Notes: generated by a model from the sequence alone, not told the origin. A stretch of DNA of 64,000 nt from Haliotis cracherodii (GCF_022045235.1 NW_027266343.1:48918001-48982000), one strand, 5' to 3'; shown: positions 26,601-38,287, numbered from the stretch's first letter. Program-made: numbers and translations.

Positions 26601-29600
26601 AATTATCTCTGGTGTGGCTGGATCGGTATTGGCGTTTTTCCCGCTCTCAGATTATCAGAATAGCTTCTTCAATGTTAGACATTTACTGGTAATAATACTA
26701 TTGACATCATCGTCCATGCACACATAACAATTGTCCTCGTCATGATCTTGTAAATACTGATCTGCCTCTCCAATCTGATGCTCGTCAATATCGTTATCAT
26801 CGGTATTTAAAACCGACTCAAAATACAACACCCATTCTGCAGCTAATATAGAATTTGTGCAAAGGGTTTTACGTTTTTAGCTGTTTAATTTGATTCCAGA
26901 ATGATTTGGAATTACTACAGTTCTGCGATAATGTATTTACCATATCTTCTTCCTACATTTCCTTCTTAAGGCGAGACAAATGACGATAAGAATTCTTAAA
27001 CGTGGGAATTCTGTCCAAAAATATCATTTGGCCAGCAGATCGAAAACGATCTAAGTTGAAATATTTAAGCTGCTTAAAGTATAAACACTGCTCGTCATAC
27101 CCGTTCCACTGATTGGTTTATAGAGTCAAAAACTGTCTATTCTCCGCATACCACACTGATACTTGTCGGCACACTGATTTAAACATGAAGTTAGCCTCTC
27201 GACAGCAGTATTCACAATCACAATAAGTCGTCTCTTAAGGCTTCTAAACTATACGCTGAATATGCTGATTGCAGCAGTTTCGTTGTTCATTTTCTCTTTC
27301 CATTTATACATAATTATTGACTGTACTGCATTATTAATGTGATTTAACACGATAGGCAAGTGGTCAGATTCACAGCGCGTATCAACGTGAAAGTCATTCT
27401 CTCAATCAAACAATTCTGGAGAACAATCGTCTGCTAAACTTGTGCCATCATCAGCAAAGAAGGTCATGCCACCAAGAGACTCCGATCTACAGCAACCATG
27501 CATCATGGGTAGACCATATGATCAATATAAATCTATTAAAACCGGACAATGATTAGGTGCCTTGGGACGTTGTTCAGACTTTTAGTCGCTGGTTTTCTTG
27601 GCCCAGACTCGACTTTTACAGGTAATCATGAAAAAGCTGCTTTAAACAAGATTCTAACTGGACTTGGAAAATATCCCATCGGTAGGCATTTTGAAATTAT
27701 TATGTGTACAGTTTAAATATATACAGTCTCGATTATCTGCTAGATCAGATGGAATTGCTTTTTTCATTCAGTTATCTAAGATACCATGCCGCAGGTGATA
27801 CGGATGTCACTAAGATACATAATGCTGACTCCGAAGCCGACCATTCCCTGTTTTATTCCCTTTATTCGCCAGGCAGGGTAACAACAAGTGCAATCTATGA
27901 ACGATTTGATCGTATTTTGGAATGACAAGGTCAGGGGTTTGAACCATGGATCTTCCTCTATGCAGGATGATCTGTCCACTACACCACGGGTGCGGCCTCA
28001 ACTTTGTGAATGTCCATGAACTACTATGCATCTAATTGTGCAGTGGTACACGTTTCCTCCCCACATCCACTCACACTCGCGGGAAGGACACGTACCATCT
28101 CCTTCATCTCTGCCTTTGAAAAACAAGACTCGATGTTGTTCTCCTGAAACCCAGGCTTCAGATTGGGAAACTCCCTTCCCCTGATGCGGCAGATGAGGGT
28201 TGCCTGCTGACTTCAGCAAACAGATGACATCGTTCCGCACGTACACTACTCTTGGTCGACTTTCAAGGTTAACGTCTTTGATTGGAGAAAGCACACAAGA
28301 TCGAATCATTATAGTTAATTTAGGTGGTGTTTTTTTTTTAATCTTGAAAACTCAGCAGATAATAGGTAAATTATTCATTGCAATTTTTTTAACCTGGAGA
28401 AGTCCTCGCATGACACGGCTAAATAACACCGATCCAGATTCTAATTTTCAATTTCACGTCTGAACGCTACCGTTTCTGTACCCACAATGAAGCCTAAATT
28501 TCAACTCATTTGCATACTGAGAGGGCACAATTGGACCATTTATTTTCACGGTTTCAAGATCATAGTAATCCTAAATTCACTTCGCTCGTGTTTCCGTTGT
28601 TGTAGTCCCTATATCTACTTCAAGGGTGGCTCTTGTATACTTATGGTGTACTCTGTATTTTACATTGCTGTACAGACATNNNNNNNNNNNNNNNNNNNNN
28701 NNNNNNNNNNNNNNNNNNNNNNNNNNNNNNNNNNNNNNNNNNNNNNNNNNNNNNNNNNNNNNNNNNNNNNNNNNNNNNNNNNNNNNNNNNNNNNNNNNNN
28801 NNNNNNNNNNNNNNNNNNNNNNNNNNNNNNNNNNNNNNNNNNNNNNNNNNNNNNNNTTCCATGTGACAAACACAAGAAACAACGCAATGACGCCATGAAT
28901 CATTCTAGTAACTCCGTGGGTATTTAACCTGTCGAGGTATTTCCCTGTACATGAAGTAGATTAGATTAATTTATCACAATGAGAAAAGATAATATCAAGT
29001 GTTGCCTGTAGCGAGTCTATCGCCTGTTTATCCTTGCATCCGAAGGAATCTGATAGCATAATCAACCTCATCACTATATCCCTTAATCGATTCACGTGTC
29101 AGATACTCCATTACCCCAGGAAAGTTATTCTGTTGGGAGAGAGCGGCTTAATTATGAACAGGAAAGGTTTGCGCTAGATTTGTATCAAGGGTTGCTCTGT
29201 TGCAATGTATAAGTTCCCCACGCGCCGTTAGACCAGCCCAGTCACCTCAGCATGCTATACTTCACCTATGCTAGATCATGATAGCTTAATATCCCGGACA
29301 GTTAGTAAATACTGTGCTTTGCCGCTAATCATATGATTAAACGGGTATAACGCCGGATTCATTGTAAGGCACACAGCTTCAGTAACCTCCTCCTAATGGG
29401 TGAAATCTCATATACGGGGATGTTACAATATATCCGGGATAAAATATATATAATCGCTGGGATTTGATATATGAGAGTTCGGAGGCCTCATCCGGGGTTT
29501 GAAATCCCACATCCTTTTAAATCTCATTCAAACATCCTGGCGTGTTTTATCCTACACTTTGACACCTCTGATCGTGTTTGATGGGGGTATGAGCGGCCCT

Positions 29601-32600
29601 TTTGACTAGTCGAAATGGTTGTTAAACATTGAATTCCTCCAACAAAATGGGAGGAGAAGGAATGGGTGGCCCAATTGTTTAAGGCACGGGAATTCGCCCT
29701 GTAGAGTGTGACTTGTGATCATGGGGTTGAATCCCAGATGTGAGGTGAGGTGAAATTGGGTTTAACGTCGTGTCCAAGATTATTGCACTTATATAGCGAC
29801 GTGCATGTACGCATATGTGTTTGTGTGGCTGCTTGTACTAGTCCGGATTGATGCCGATTTATAGTGCTAGCTCACTGAGATACCATGCCGCAGTTTAACA
29901 TGAATACCCCCACTCAGACACAGTATACTGACTCCGAGCCGACCAGTCCTTGTTTTACCCCTTTAATGCCGAGCGGCAGACAGGTTAACAACAAGTACCA
30001 TCTTTTAACGTCTTTTGGTATGACGCGGCCGGGGATCGAGCCCCGGAACTTCCGCTCTCCGGGTGGACGCTCTACCATTAGACCACGGAGGCGGTCCATT
30101 ACGTCTGTAGGTTTGTCAGCACAATACCCGTATTTGTGGGTTTCATCTAAATGGTAAAGGTCTAAGACCTGCGCCACCTCAGGCTTCCCTGCCTTATTAT
30201 ACTCACATAACGGAAAGTTCAAAGCAGCGGGTTTTTTAAAAGAAATTACACACAAGGGATTTGTTTAAAGGAATCGCTATACAACAATCGGCTCAACTAA
30301 GCGCTATCATCAAGCAGGCAATGATGTCTCTATTTTTAAGAATTGACTTCAATATGTACTTGCGTGATGGAGTCATCAACGTAAAAACCGATGCACACTC
30401 TTTGTATCACTCAGCAACGCGTGTGCACACCGATTTTTAAGCTTATGCTTCCGTAAACTCAAAACTGATTTAAATCAATTCTTTAATTGCTGTAGAAACT
30501 TCATCCACGAACACAGGTACACGAGGGATTCTAGTGATCCATCATTATATTTTTCAGGATATTTTTCTATGGAATCCCGGAAGAGTCATTGTCGCGTTAT
30601 CGCATAGAATTGGTTATTGATGTTTTGACACACTTCCAATTAGGAGTTTTCAAGCCATTAGGGAAATCAACGGTTTGTGATCTATGCTATGAATTAAGTA
30701 TTGTTTTAAAGCATTGCCCAAATATCCAAGAATATCAGGTTTCAAATACAGAATTTGAATGCGCTGCAAGTACGCAGCACGTGTGCTAACTGCATTGCCC
30801 TGTAAAGTCACGTTGGATTTGACATTATATTGACACCATTCTCTTCGAAACACGATCACCCTCTGTGGCACCAAACGTAATTCTTCGTCTGCTGTCGGAC
30901 TGAGATATTGATCGAGTGCTATTTTAACACAGAGAAGACATAAATTGTCTTAATAGGTGCATCTACACACTAACACGGCGATGACATATCGCGTTTGACA
31001 GTTTGACGGGCATCGAATCGTTCGTAAAATCTCCCTCCCCAATTTAACTACGATTGCGTTTAAACAGTTTTCATAACAATAAAAACGTTCTTTGGTTGTT
31101 TTACCAATACTAAATCTTTTTAAATGCATTCTGTCACGGCCGGTTGAATGTATTTGAGACGCGTCAGTATAGTGTATCATTCTGTGATTGCTACATTTAG
31201 TCCCAGAAATAAATCTATCTTATTTATCTTATTTAACATTATATATCAACAAAATACAAAATAGATTTCAAATTGAGACTAGAACAATACTTAACTTCAG
31301 GCTGACACGATCTGACTTGCCAAATCATTCTAGACTTGAGTTGGATTCCTTTTCTTTTCTCTAGGATCGTGGAGACAGACTAGTTGGTTATCTGTTCTAT
31401 GTTTGAAGGCACAACAGGGCTAAATCATAGCACTGACTTAGGCTAAACCGCGAGTTTTATTGTGGTTCTTGGTTTCACCTGCTTAATCAAGAGAAGGTGC
31501 CAAATTATGTTAGCCAATTTCCTATCTAAACTAGTAACTTATTTTATCACTGGAAGCCTCGCTTCTGTTTGCCTACCGTTATCTTTATCAATAGGGTTTT
31601 TCTATTTTGCCTCCGCTTTAAATTATTGTATTATGTTTAGGGTCAAAATGGGAATATTTGAGTAGATGAATATGAGAGGGTACCTGGTTAGGAGTGAGTA
31701 TAGTTTTACGCCGTTTTTATGCGATATTACAACTATATTACTGCAGAGACTAAGGTAAACACATGATCCCATGTGGGGAATCGAACCAGAGTTATCGTCG
31801 TGACGAGCGAACACTTGAACCAGTAGGCTACACATCCTACCTTGGAACGAACAACTATGGATCACACAATATGCGGTTGACCACGGAATCTGATGTTAAC
31901 CAACAATGCTTGTTTTAATTAGCTGTCTATACTTTCTAATCACTGATGTAAATATAATTTATTACGTCTACATTCACCTCGGGTTCGTTCCCCACACGGG
32001 TACGATGTGTGAAGGCCATTTCTGGTGTCCACCGCAGTGATATTGCGGGAAAATTGCCGAATGAACACCAAGGAAACGCATTTTAATGATAAGATCTTTT
32101 TATTGTTTTGTAATGTTTCATTGAATCTTCTTGTCCCTTCCTCAGTGTTCGTATTGTCACAAGAAAGTATCCTGAAACGTTATAACTTCAAGACTCTTTT
32201 ATTCTGTAATAAAGGCCTCCAGCCCAGAGTACATGTGTATATAATCAAGTCACAACAATCTTAAATTACAAACAAACAATTACAATCATTAAGAAAAGAT
32301 CTACTATAATCATCAAAAGTAAGTGAAACACTCGTTAACTATATATAAAGTTGTCTCCCGTGAAACGTTATAACAATCAATAAAGAAGTTGTTATGAAAA
32401 TATCATGTCTTCAGCTTATATATTGCTGACTCATATGTAACACTCACTCACTCACGCACTCACTCACTCACCCAATGCTGGTCGTAAGAGGCGACAGAGT
32501 GGATCTTTTGGTCAGGCTCAGTGACTCGACTTACGACGTGGGTAGTTGCTCATAACATCAACCACAGCTTTGTCTGATCTGTATTCGATAATTTATAGGC

Positions 32601-34057
32601 CGCCGTCAACGCGGCGTTAAAAAACAGTTCATGAGTATTCGCCATGTCACCAGAAATTATCCTGAAACGTTTAAAATCAATAGAGACGTTGTTATCATAA
32701 AAATGTCATGCCTTCAGCTTATATATTGCTGATTCATGTGTAACACTCACTCACTTATACCCTCACTCACTCACTCACCCAATGCTGGTCGTAAGAGGCG
32801 ACAGAGTGGATCTTTTGGTCAGGCTCAGTGACTCGACTAATGACGTGGGTAACAAGGTAGACACAAGCGACGTTTCGGTATGGATCCTTATACCGTTGTC
32901 AAGCAGGACTGTTGATGGTTTTGATTGCCAAGTCTCCATGTAAACGACGGATAACTTGTTTCATAGGCATTACTTACAGTCCTGACAACGGTACAAGGAT
33001 CAATGCCGAAACGTCGCTTTTTACAGTATTAAAGAAGTTGTTATCCATAAAATTGTGTCTATCTTGTCACCCGTCAACTTCTAAGTAAAGCTTATTAAAC
33101 AAGTAATGACGTGGGTAGTTGCTCATAACATTAACCACTGCTTTGTCTGATCTGTATTCGACTATTTATAGGCCGCCGTCAGAAAGCTGCAATATTGCTG
33201 AGTGCGGCGTTAAAAAACAACAAAGCAAACGCTGACGTGTAAATGTTTCTTGTTCTGTTCCAGGCAAGATCGTTCCCTTTCTGGAACACGCCTCACTCCA
33301 CTCATCCGGCCTCACCCTCCTGACTATCGGCTTCGAACGCTACCTCGCCATCTGCCACCCCCTGAAGGAGCACAGAGGGTGCCACCTGGCGAGCGCCTGC
33401 ATCGTCATCACCGTCATATGGCTCGTCTCCTACGTCATGTCCCTGCCCTTCGTCTTCATCACCTTCATCGAGGACGCGACCTTCAACATGGACGGCTCGA
33501 CGGTCCAAGTGTGTCGCACCATGACGTCCGGCGTCTGGCAGAGAACGTACATCCTGTTCGTGTTTGTGTTCCTGTTTGCGCTGCCGCTGTGCATGCTGGT
33601 CTTCATGTACGCCGGCATCATCTGCAAGCTGTGCCACCTGACGGCAGACAACTACCCGGGAGACTACTGCAACAGCAAAACCATCAACTCTCGGAAACAA
33701 GTCGTCAACATGCTTATCGCCATTATGGCCTTGTTTTTTCTATGTTTGTTGCCGATGCGACTCGTGATCATCCTTGTGATATTTGTGCCTCCAAACGTCC
33801 TACAGGACATGGGCTTTGAAACTTATCAGAATATACTGTCGTTTGCGAGGATCATGATGTATGTTAACAGCGCTGGCAACCCTATCATATATGGGTTATT
33901 ATCCTCTAAATTTAGAGTTGCGTTCAGGCGCTGCGTTCCAAACTGTAAGGATAGTATGTATGTGAGAGAATCTGCTGCCTCCACCAGAAGAACGGGAAAG
34001 AACACGTGCATGATACCTTTAAACCCAGTCAATGGGTGTAATGGGACTGCCATATAG
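20249..34057 (+). CDS. Class A (rhodopsin-like) neuropeptide GPCR, ETH-receptor/TRHR-GHSR-like; 410 aa; coding exons 20249-20687 and 33264-34057
   Basis: Exon 1 carries N-glycosylation sequons, TM1 GIIGNTLV and TM2 SLSVADLLVLLVCQP, then WMLGEVM. The phase-1 junction T|gtaagt...ttccag|GC rebuilds Cys of CKIVPFLEH. Exon 2 carries ERYLAICHPL, TM5 FALP, TM6 FFLCLLP and TM7 NSAGNPIIYGLLSSKFR. A 5'UTR acceptor sits at 20175. Confidence 0.93.
20955..21240 (+). mobile_element. Penelope-like terminal remnant with short inverted repeat
   Basis: ttgacttgtc..gcatgtgtttgtga.gggtg..gctcaccttttcgcgaacacctggtatcat matches 6380-6460. tgtacgattccgact (about 20963) is inverted at about 21177. Confidence 0.6.
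21872..22167 (-). mobile_element. SINE family B, full length
   Basis: Matches the 10977 element end to end. Two further truncated copies follow, to about 22500. Confidence 0.87.
24330..25505. repeat. 24-bp minisatellite, about 48 copies, in the GPCR intron
   Basis: Unit cctacacctgtacatcactatacg with variants. Confidence 0.97.
25790..27560 (-). mobile_element. Degenerate LINE ORF2 (APE endonuclease plus RT remnants)
   Basis: The minus strand gives the APE C-terminal motif ESDHLPI (about 27350-27372) and RT-end-like GLHVNLDKTEILVFRNGG..YNYSGLLFSNMLCW (25890-26045). Multiple stops and frameshifts. Confidence 0.75.
27770..27996 (-). mobile_element. SINE family D, degenerate
   Basis: agataccatgccgcag..ctgactccgaagccgacc..tttgaacc..ccactacaccacggg. 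Confidence 0.65.
28189..28679 (+). repeat. Left arm of a ~490-bp inverted repeat (partner 34873-35361)
   Basis: Reverse complement of 34873-35361 with scattered substitutions. Confidence 0.92.
28680..28856. other. Assembly gap (177 N)
   Basis: Run of N. Confidence 1.
29740..30096 (-). mobile_element. SINE family D, full length, nested in an old family B copy
   Basis: tRNA-like head gaccgcctccgtggtctaatggtagagcg..gctcgatcccc and (CCTCA)n tail. B-like head at about 29665-29738 and B body at about 30098-30190 flank it. Confidence 0.85.
32852..33103. mobile_element. Penelope-like terminal insert with inverted hammerhead-like motifs and 14-bp TSD
   Basis: TSD taatgacgtgggta at 32838-32851 and 33104-33117. 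An uninterrupted paralogous site is at about 32521-32560. Internal inverted repeat present. Confidence 0.75.
32867..32904 (-). ncRNA. Minimal hammerhead ribozyme-like motif (U3-A8 variant)
   Basis: The minus strand reads GC UUGACAA C GGUAU AAGGAUCC AUACC GAAA CG UC GC. Confidence 0.55.
33264..34057 (+). CDS. GPCR coding exon 2 (TM3 to C-terminus)
   Basis: Acceptor tgttctgttccag ends at 33263. The frame matches ORF 33437-34057. Stop TAG. Confidence 0.93.
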
Positions 34058-34134
34058 TTGCAATGCGTTTTATTTGACTTACCAGTTCGAAATATGTTTT
34101 CGTGATGTTAATGTACTGATATTGTTATTTAAAG

Positions 34135-34140
34135 AATAAA
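34135..34140 (+). terminator. Candidate polyadenylation signal of the GPCR gene
   Basis: AATAAA 78 nt after the stop, followed by T-rich sequence. Confidence 0.4.
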
Positions 34141-34259
34141 TTTGACTCATTAATATCTAAATTCAAATGTTCTTGAATGAGTTTTTTTATCCTACATCTT
34201 AGGTCTGGACGTGGATATCCCAGTGACGGACGGTGTTTATCCCAGGGGTGAGAAAGGTC

Positions 34260-34408
34260 TACCTCCAGAGACGGACAATGTATACCTCCAGAGATGGACA
34301 ATGTATACTCCCAGAGACGGACAATGTATACCCCCAGAGACGGACAATGTATACCTCCAGAGACGGACAATGTATACCTCCAGAGACGGACAATGTATAT
34401 CTCCAGAG
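34260..34408. repeat. 23-bp minisatellite, about 6 copies
   Basis: Unit cctccagagacggacaatgtata. Confidence 0.93.
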
Positions 34409-34797
34409 TGGTCGGACGGGATGATAAATAAAGACCAGTTGATAGGGAGCGCCCCTAGGTCTTGGGTCCGAATCCAAGCTCCGCCCTGAACCGTGGTCTG
34501 TCAGTACCATGTCTGTGCTCGTATGTGGTAAATATTTACAAAGAGCAAACTGAATAAGCTGACTCTGCTGTCCAGTCTGGCAAAAAAACTCACTAACTCA
34601 TCTGAATAATTCCAATATTGTCCATCTGAAGGGTACGTAAAATCTCAAAAGACATTCCAAGCGTCCATGAATATCTCTCAATACAAAGGGACATCATCAA
34701 TACACTGAACACGTGACTGTTGTCAAACTTTGAACAAGTTAGAGCTCGGGAATGACCATTTTGCAAATGATACCGAGGTACTGTATTAACTACGTAC

Positions 34798-34799
<2 letters not shown>

Positions 34800-34858
<59 letters not shown>
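34800..34858. repeat. (GA)n microsatellite
   Basis: Perfect dinucleotide run. Confidence 0.98.
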
Positions 34859-34861
<3 letters not shown>

Positions 34862-34872
34862 GTTAAGGTATC

Positions 34873-35361
34873 ATGTCTGTACAGCAATGTAAAATACAGA
34901 GTACACCATAAGTATACAAGAGCCACCCTTGAAGTAGATATAGGGACTACAACAACGGAAACACGAGGGAAGTGAATTTAGGATCACTTTGATCTTGAAA
35001 CCGTGAAAATAAATGGTCCAATTGTGCCCTCTCAGTATGTAAATGAGTTGAAATTTAGGCTTCATTGTGGGTACAGAAACGGTAGCGTTCAGACGTGAAA
35101 TTGAAAATCAGAATCTGGATCGGTGTTATTTAGCCGTGTCATGCGAGGACTTCTCCAGGTTCAAATAATTGCAATGAATAATTTACCTATTATCTGCTGA
35201 GTTTTCAAGATCAGAAAAAACAGCACCTCAATTAGCTATGTTGAATCGATCTTGTGTGCTTTCTACTATCAAAGACGTTAACCTTGAAAGTCGACCAAGA
35301 GTAGAGTACGAGCGGAACGACGTCATCTGTTTGCTTGAGTCAGCAGGAAGCCCTCGTCTGC
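34873..35361 (-). repeat. Right arm of the ~490-bp inverted repeat
   Basis: ORFs 28487(+) and 34871-35065(-) translate almost identically. Confidence 0.92.
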
Positions 35362-35539
35362 AATACACTGAACATATTACTGATTAGTTGTGTTGGGGAG
35401 ACAGAATTGTCTAACTTTGAACAAGTTAGAGCTCGGGAATAACCAATTTGCTAATGATACCGAGGTACTGTATTAACTACGTACGTAAAGAGACAGACAC
35501 ACAGCGAGAGAAGAGAGAGAGAGGTGGGGAGAGAGAGCC

Positions 35540-35806
35540 CAGGGCAGCCCAGGTCGTCTAAGGCGCCGCAATTGGCTGTGTAGAGTTGCGTCCCTTGAGC
35601 ATTCCAGAAACCTATGATTTTGGACTCGAATCCCGGTTCGGCCCGATTATGTTTCTAGGTTTGTCAGCTCCATACCCGTGCTCGTAGGTTTCACCAAAGC
35701 GGTAAACGTCTGAGACCTGGGGCTTTCCTCCCACATGAAGCTGATTCGCCGTGATATAACTGGAATACTGTTAAAAGCGACATTAAATCCCACTCACTCA
35801 CTCACT
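35540..35806 (+). mobile_element. SINE family B
   Basis: gcccaggtcgtctaaggcgccgcaatt..ctcgaatcccgg..ttcctcccaca..actcactcactc. Confidence 0.85.
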
Positions 35807-36111
35807 CTTTCAGACACGTAAGTGCATAATACCTTGTGAGAATTTTTTATTTTCGTTATGATAGGATTTGTTTTCGGATTGATGTTTTTGTGTTAAGATA
35901 CATTAAAGCAGCTGACCATCTTTCAGAACTAGCGTTACTTTGGTCTTCGTTTCTGCTTCTACGACAGCTAATGGAGCCAATAGATCCAACTGCAGTTCTG
36001 GTGACTCAACCAGGGCCGGGTCATGGTATTGACATTCCAGTAACAATAATTTACGTAAATCTACCAATATACTTAGGAATGGATCTAAAACCGTTCCTCT
36101 TAAAACATACC

Positions 36112-36116
<5 letters not shown>

Positions 36117-36164
<48 letters not shown>
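36117..36164. repeat. (TA)n microsatellite
   Basis: Perfect run. Confidence 0.98.
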
Positions 36165-36166
<2 letters not shown>

Positions 36167-36511
36167 GCCTTACTTTATATATTGTGGTCTTTTTAAGAAA
36201 ATACTTATATTTTTATACGATATATTGTGTACCATTGTAGGGCAGAAACGGTTACCCGGTAACTTGAATACGATTACCTCCTCTAGTAGTGATTTATTAC
36301 GCGAATACTCGGAGAGTTACCTCCCCTGATCGTTTTAATTACACGCCTCTTTTGACAAGCATGGGTTGCTGGAAATCAGTTCTAACCCGGATCGTCACGG
36401 GTACTATACAATGATAGCACCTTCACAACCTTTAAACGTTTCAAAGGTGTATGTAGTATTCACAGATACTTTTTTGTACGAACATAACTTTTTTTCAGCT
36501 CATTCTTCTTG

Positions 36512-37056
36512 CACCTTTCCGATACAAGGGAGTTAACTGACTATGAAAGTCCAGTTTCCACCCTTGCCGAGCTAGGCTGGTATTATGGAGTTAGACTTTG
36601 GCTTGACCAACGAGTCTTTGTATAGTCCAATCAAATTCGCACAATGAAATCGAAATCCGGTTCGTAAACTGTTATGCAGAGTTCGGTTGATTGCAGGATT
36701 TGCAAAGCATGTGCACCGCCAACTCGGCGTCAACAGATATTTTCCAAATCTTTTCATGTTTTTAATCATGGTGCTCAAGTGATTTGATGCACTTCGCGAT
36801 GTAACACTCGTTTTATCACAATATAGATCTTGATTATCGAGCAGATCGTCTTGACTGGGCGCCGCCATTTTGTTTGGAGCAAATGCAAGTGATACGAGAG
36901 GTGGAATCTGATTGGTCCATAGGAGGGGCATAGAAGGGACATAACTCGTAATAGCCACTGGTGGCGTTACGGTCAAGCCCAGGAATTCCAGCCTAGTTCG
37001 GCAAGGGTGGAAACTGGACTTTTATGGTCAGTTAACTCTCTTGCCTCGGGAAGATG
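36512..37056. mobile_element. MITE family E (about 545 bp, about 65-bp TIRs, probable 8-bp TSD; hAT-like)
   Basis: TIR caagggagttaactgactatgaaagtccagtttccacccttgccgagctaggctgg with its inverse at 36988-37056. Flanks tcttcttg / tcatcttg. Confidence 0.82.
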
Positions 37057-37257
37057 TCATCTTGATGCCTTGTACACGTTCACCTGACTAAAAGGTGTAC
37101 ATCGCTTCTACCCAGAATGGGTGAGTGAATGAGTTGGGTTTAACGCCGCATTGCACAGTATTCCAGTTATATCAGGGGCTCATAGTACATATTATATAAC
37201 GTATTACTCCAATCTATAATTGCATGCTCAAAGCAGCGGCCACATAAAACAGTTCAG

Positions 37258-37520
37258 ACAAGATAGGCCTACTTAAACATGTGCGTTTTCAGATTGGCCC
37301 TGAAAGAAGTGAAGATGCAAAGGTGCCGAGGTCAAGCGGAAGATTGTTTTAATCAGATGTTGCAGAAAAGGCAAATATCCAATGACCATTGCCTTGAGTC
37401 TTGACCTTTGGTTGATACAGCAGGTGTTCTGCAAATCGCGTAGATCTGCCTGGCGTGTGTTGTTTGAGTAGTTCACCCAAGTAATAATTCTTGTCGCAGG
37501 AATTGCATACAACTTTTATA
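37258..37520 (-). mobile_element. L2/CR1-type LINE ORF2 C-terminal fossil
   Basis: A minus frame reads YLGELLKQHTPGRSTRFAEHLLYQPKVKTQGNGHWIFAFSATSD*NNLPLDL, then LKTHMFK after a frameshift. This resembles L2-clade ORF2 ends. Confidence 0.65.
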
Positions 37521-38098
37521 AGAATTAGATCACATGCAGCTATGTTCTTTTAAATAATCATCGCGATATTTCGTGATTCTATTAAGTGGTGAGGTCTATG
37601 CCTAAAAGGAAAGGTCATTTCAGTCAATACAAAAGTATGGGCGACAACATAAAGAGCCTTCCTACCAGAACATAACAGCGGTGGCTGTTACCCCTGGAAC
37701 ACTGAAAGAAGGGCTTTGTTCAGCAAACCTATGTAAACACGTTACAATATCCTAGCCTCACAACGCTGTACAGTGCGACTGGCTAGTACAATAACGTCGG
37801 CTTTGTAAAAGTATGGGACGTCTATAGGAAAATGCGTCTATATATAGAAGCGATAAAACGGTAGTTCAGATTAGAGGCCGTTACAGCTCTAAACGGTGTA
37901 ACGAAATCACCAAAGCTCGCAATTCATAGCCTAAGATTTTGTTTCGACAATAATTCCTGGGTACTTTCTTACAATTACCAGGGAAACTCAGTTGGAGGAG
38001 TGCAAGGTGAGCTAACTAGACCTAACGTTTATTTACCAGCATGGTTACAACTAGTTTCTATTTTGGGTTATGGACCTTACTGCTTCCTGAGCACTGTC

Positions 38099-38136
38099 GT
38101 AGTAGTAGTAGAAGTAGTAGTAGTAGTAGTAGTAGT
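38099..38136. repeat. (GTA)n microsatellite
   Basis: Trinucleotide run. Confidence 0.95.
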
Positions 38137-38287
38137 ACAGCGTCCTGCCCTTTTGAATATCCCGGCAGTTGTCGCCCAGATGGTGGAGTTTTCAGGTTAA
38201 GGTTGTTTGAGTTTGTTGGTTAGCGCCGCACCAATTCTAACCAGGGGTCCCCACGGGTGTCGGAAGAACGGGGTTTCACTGAGTTGT

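Noticed and set aside
28487-28927. ORFs crossing N runs (also 15919-16307)
   Set aside because: Artefacts of assembly gaps.
33250-33819. Overlapping ORFs in other frames or on the other strand of GPCR exon 2
   Set aside because: Shadow ORFs of a GC3-rich coding exon.
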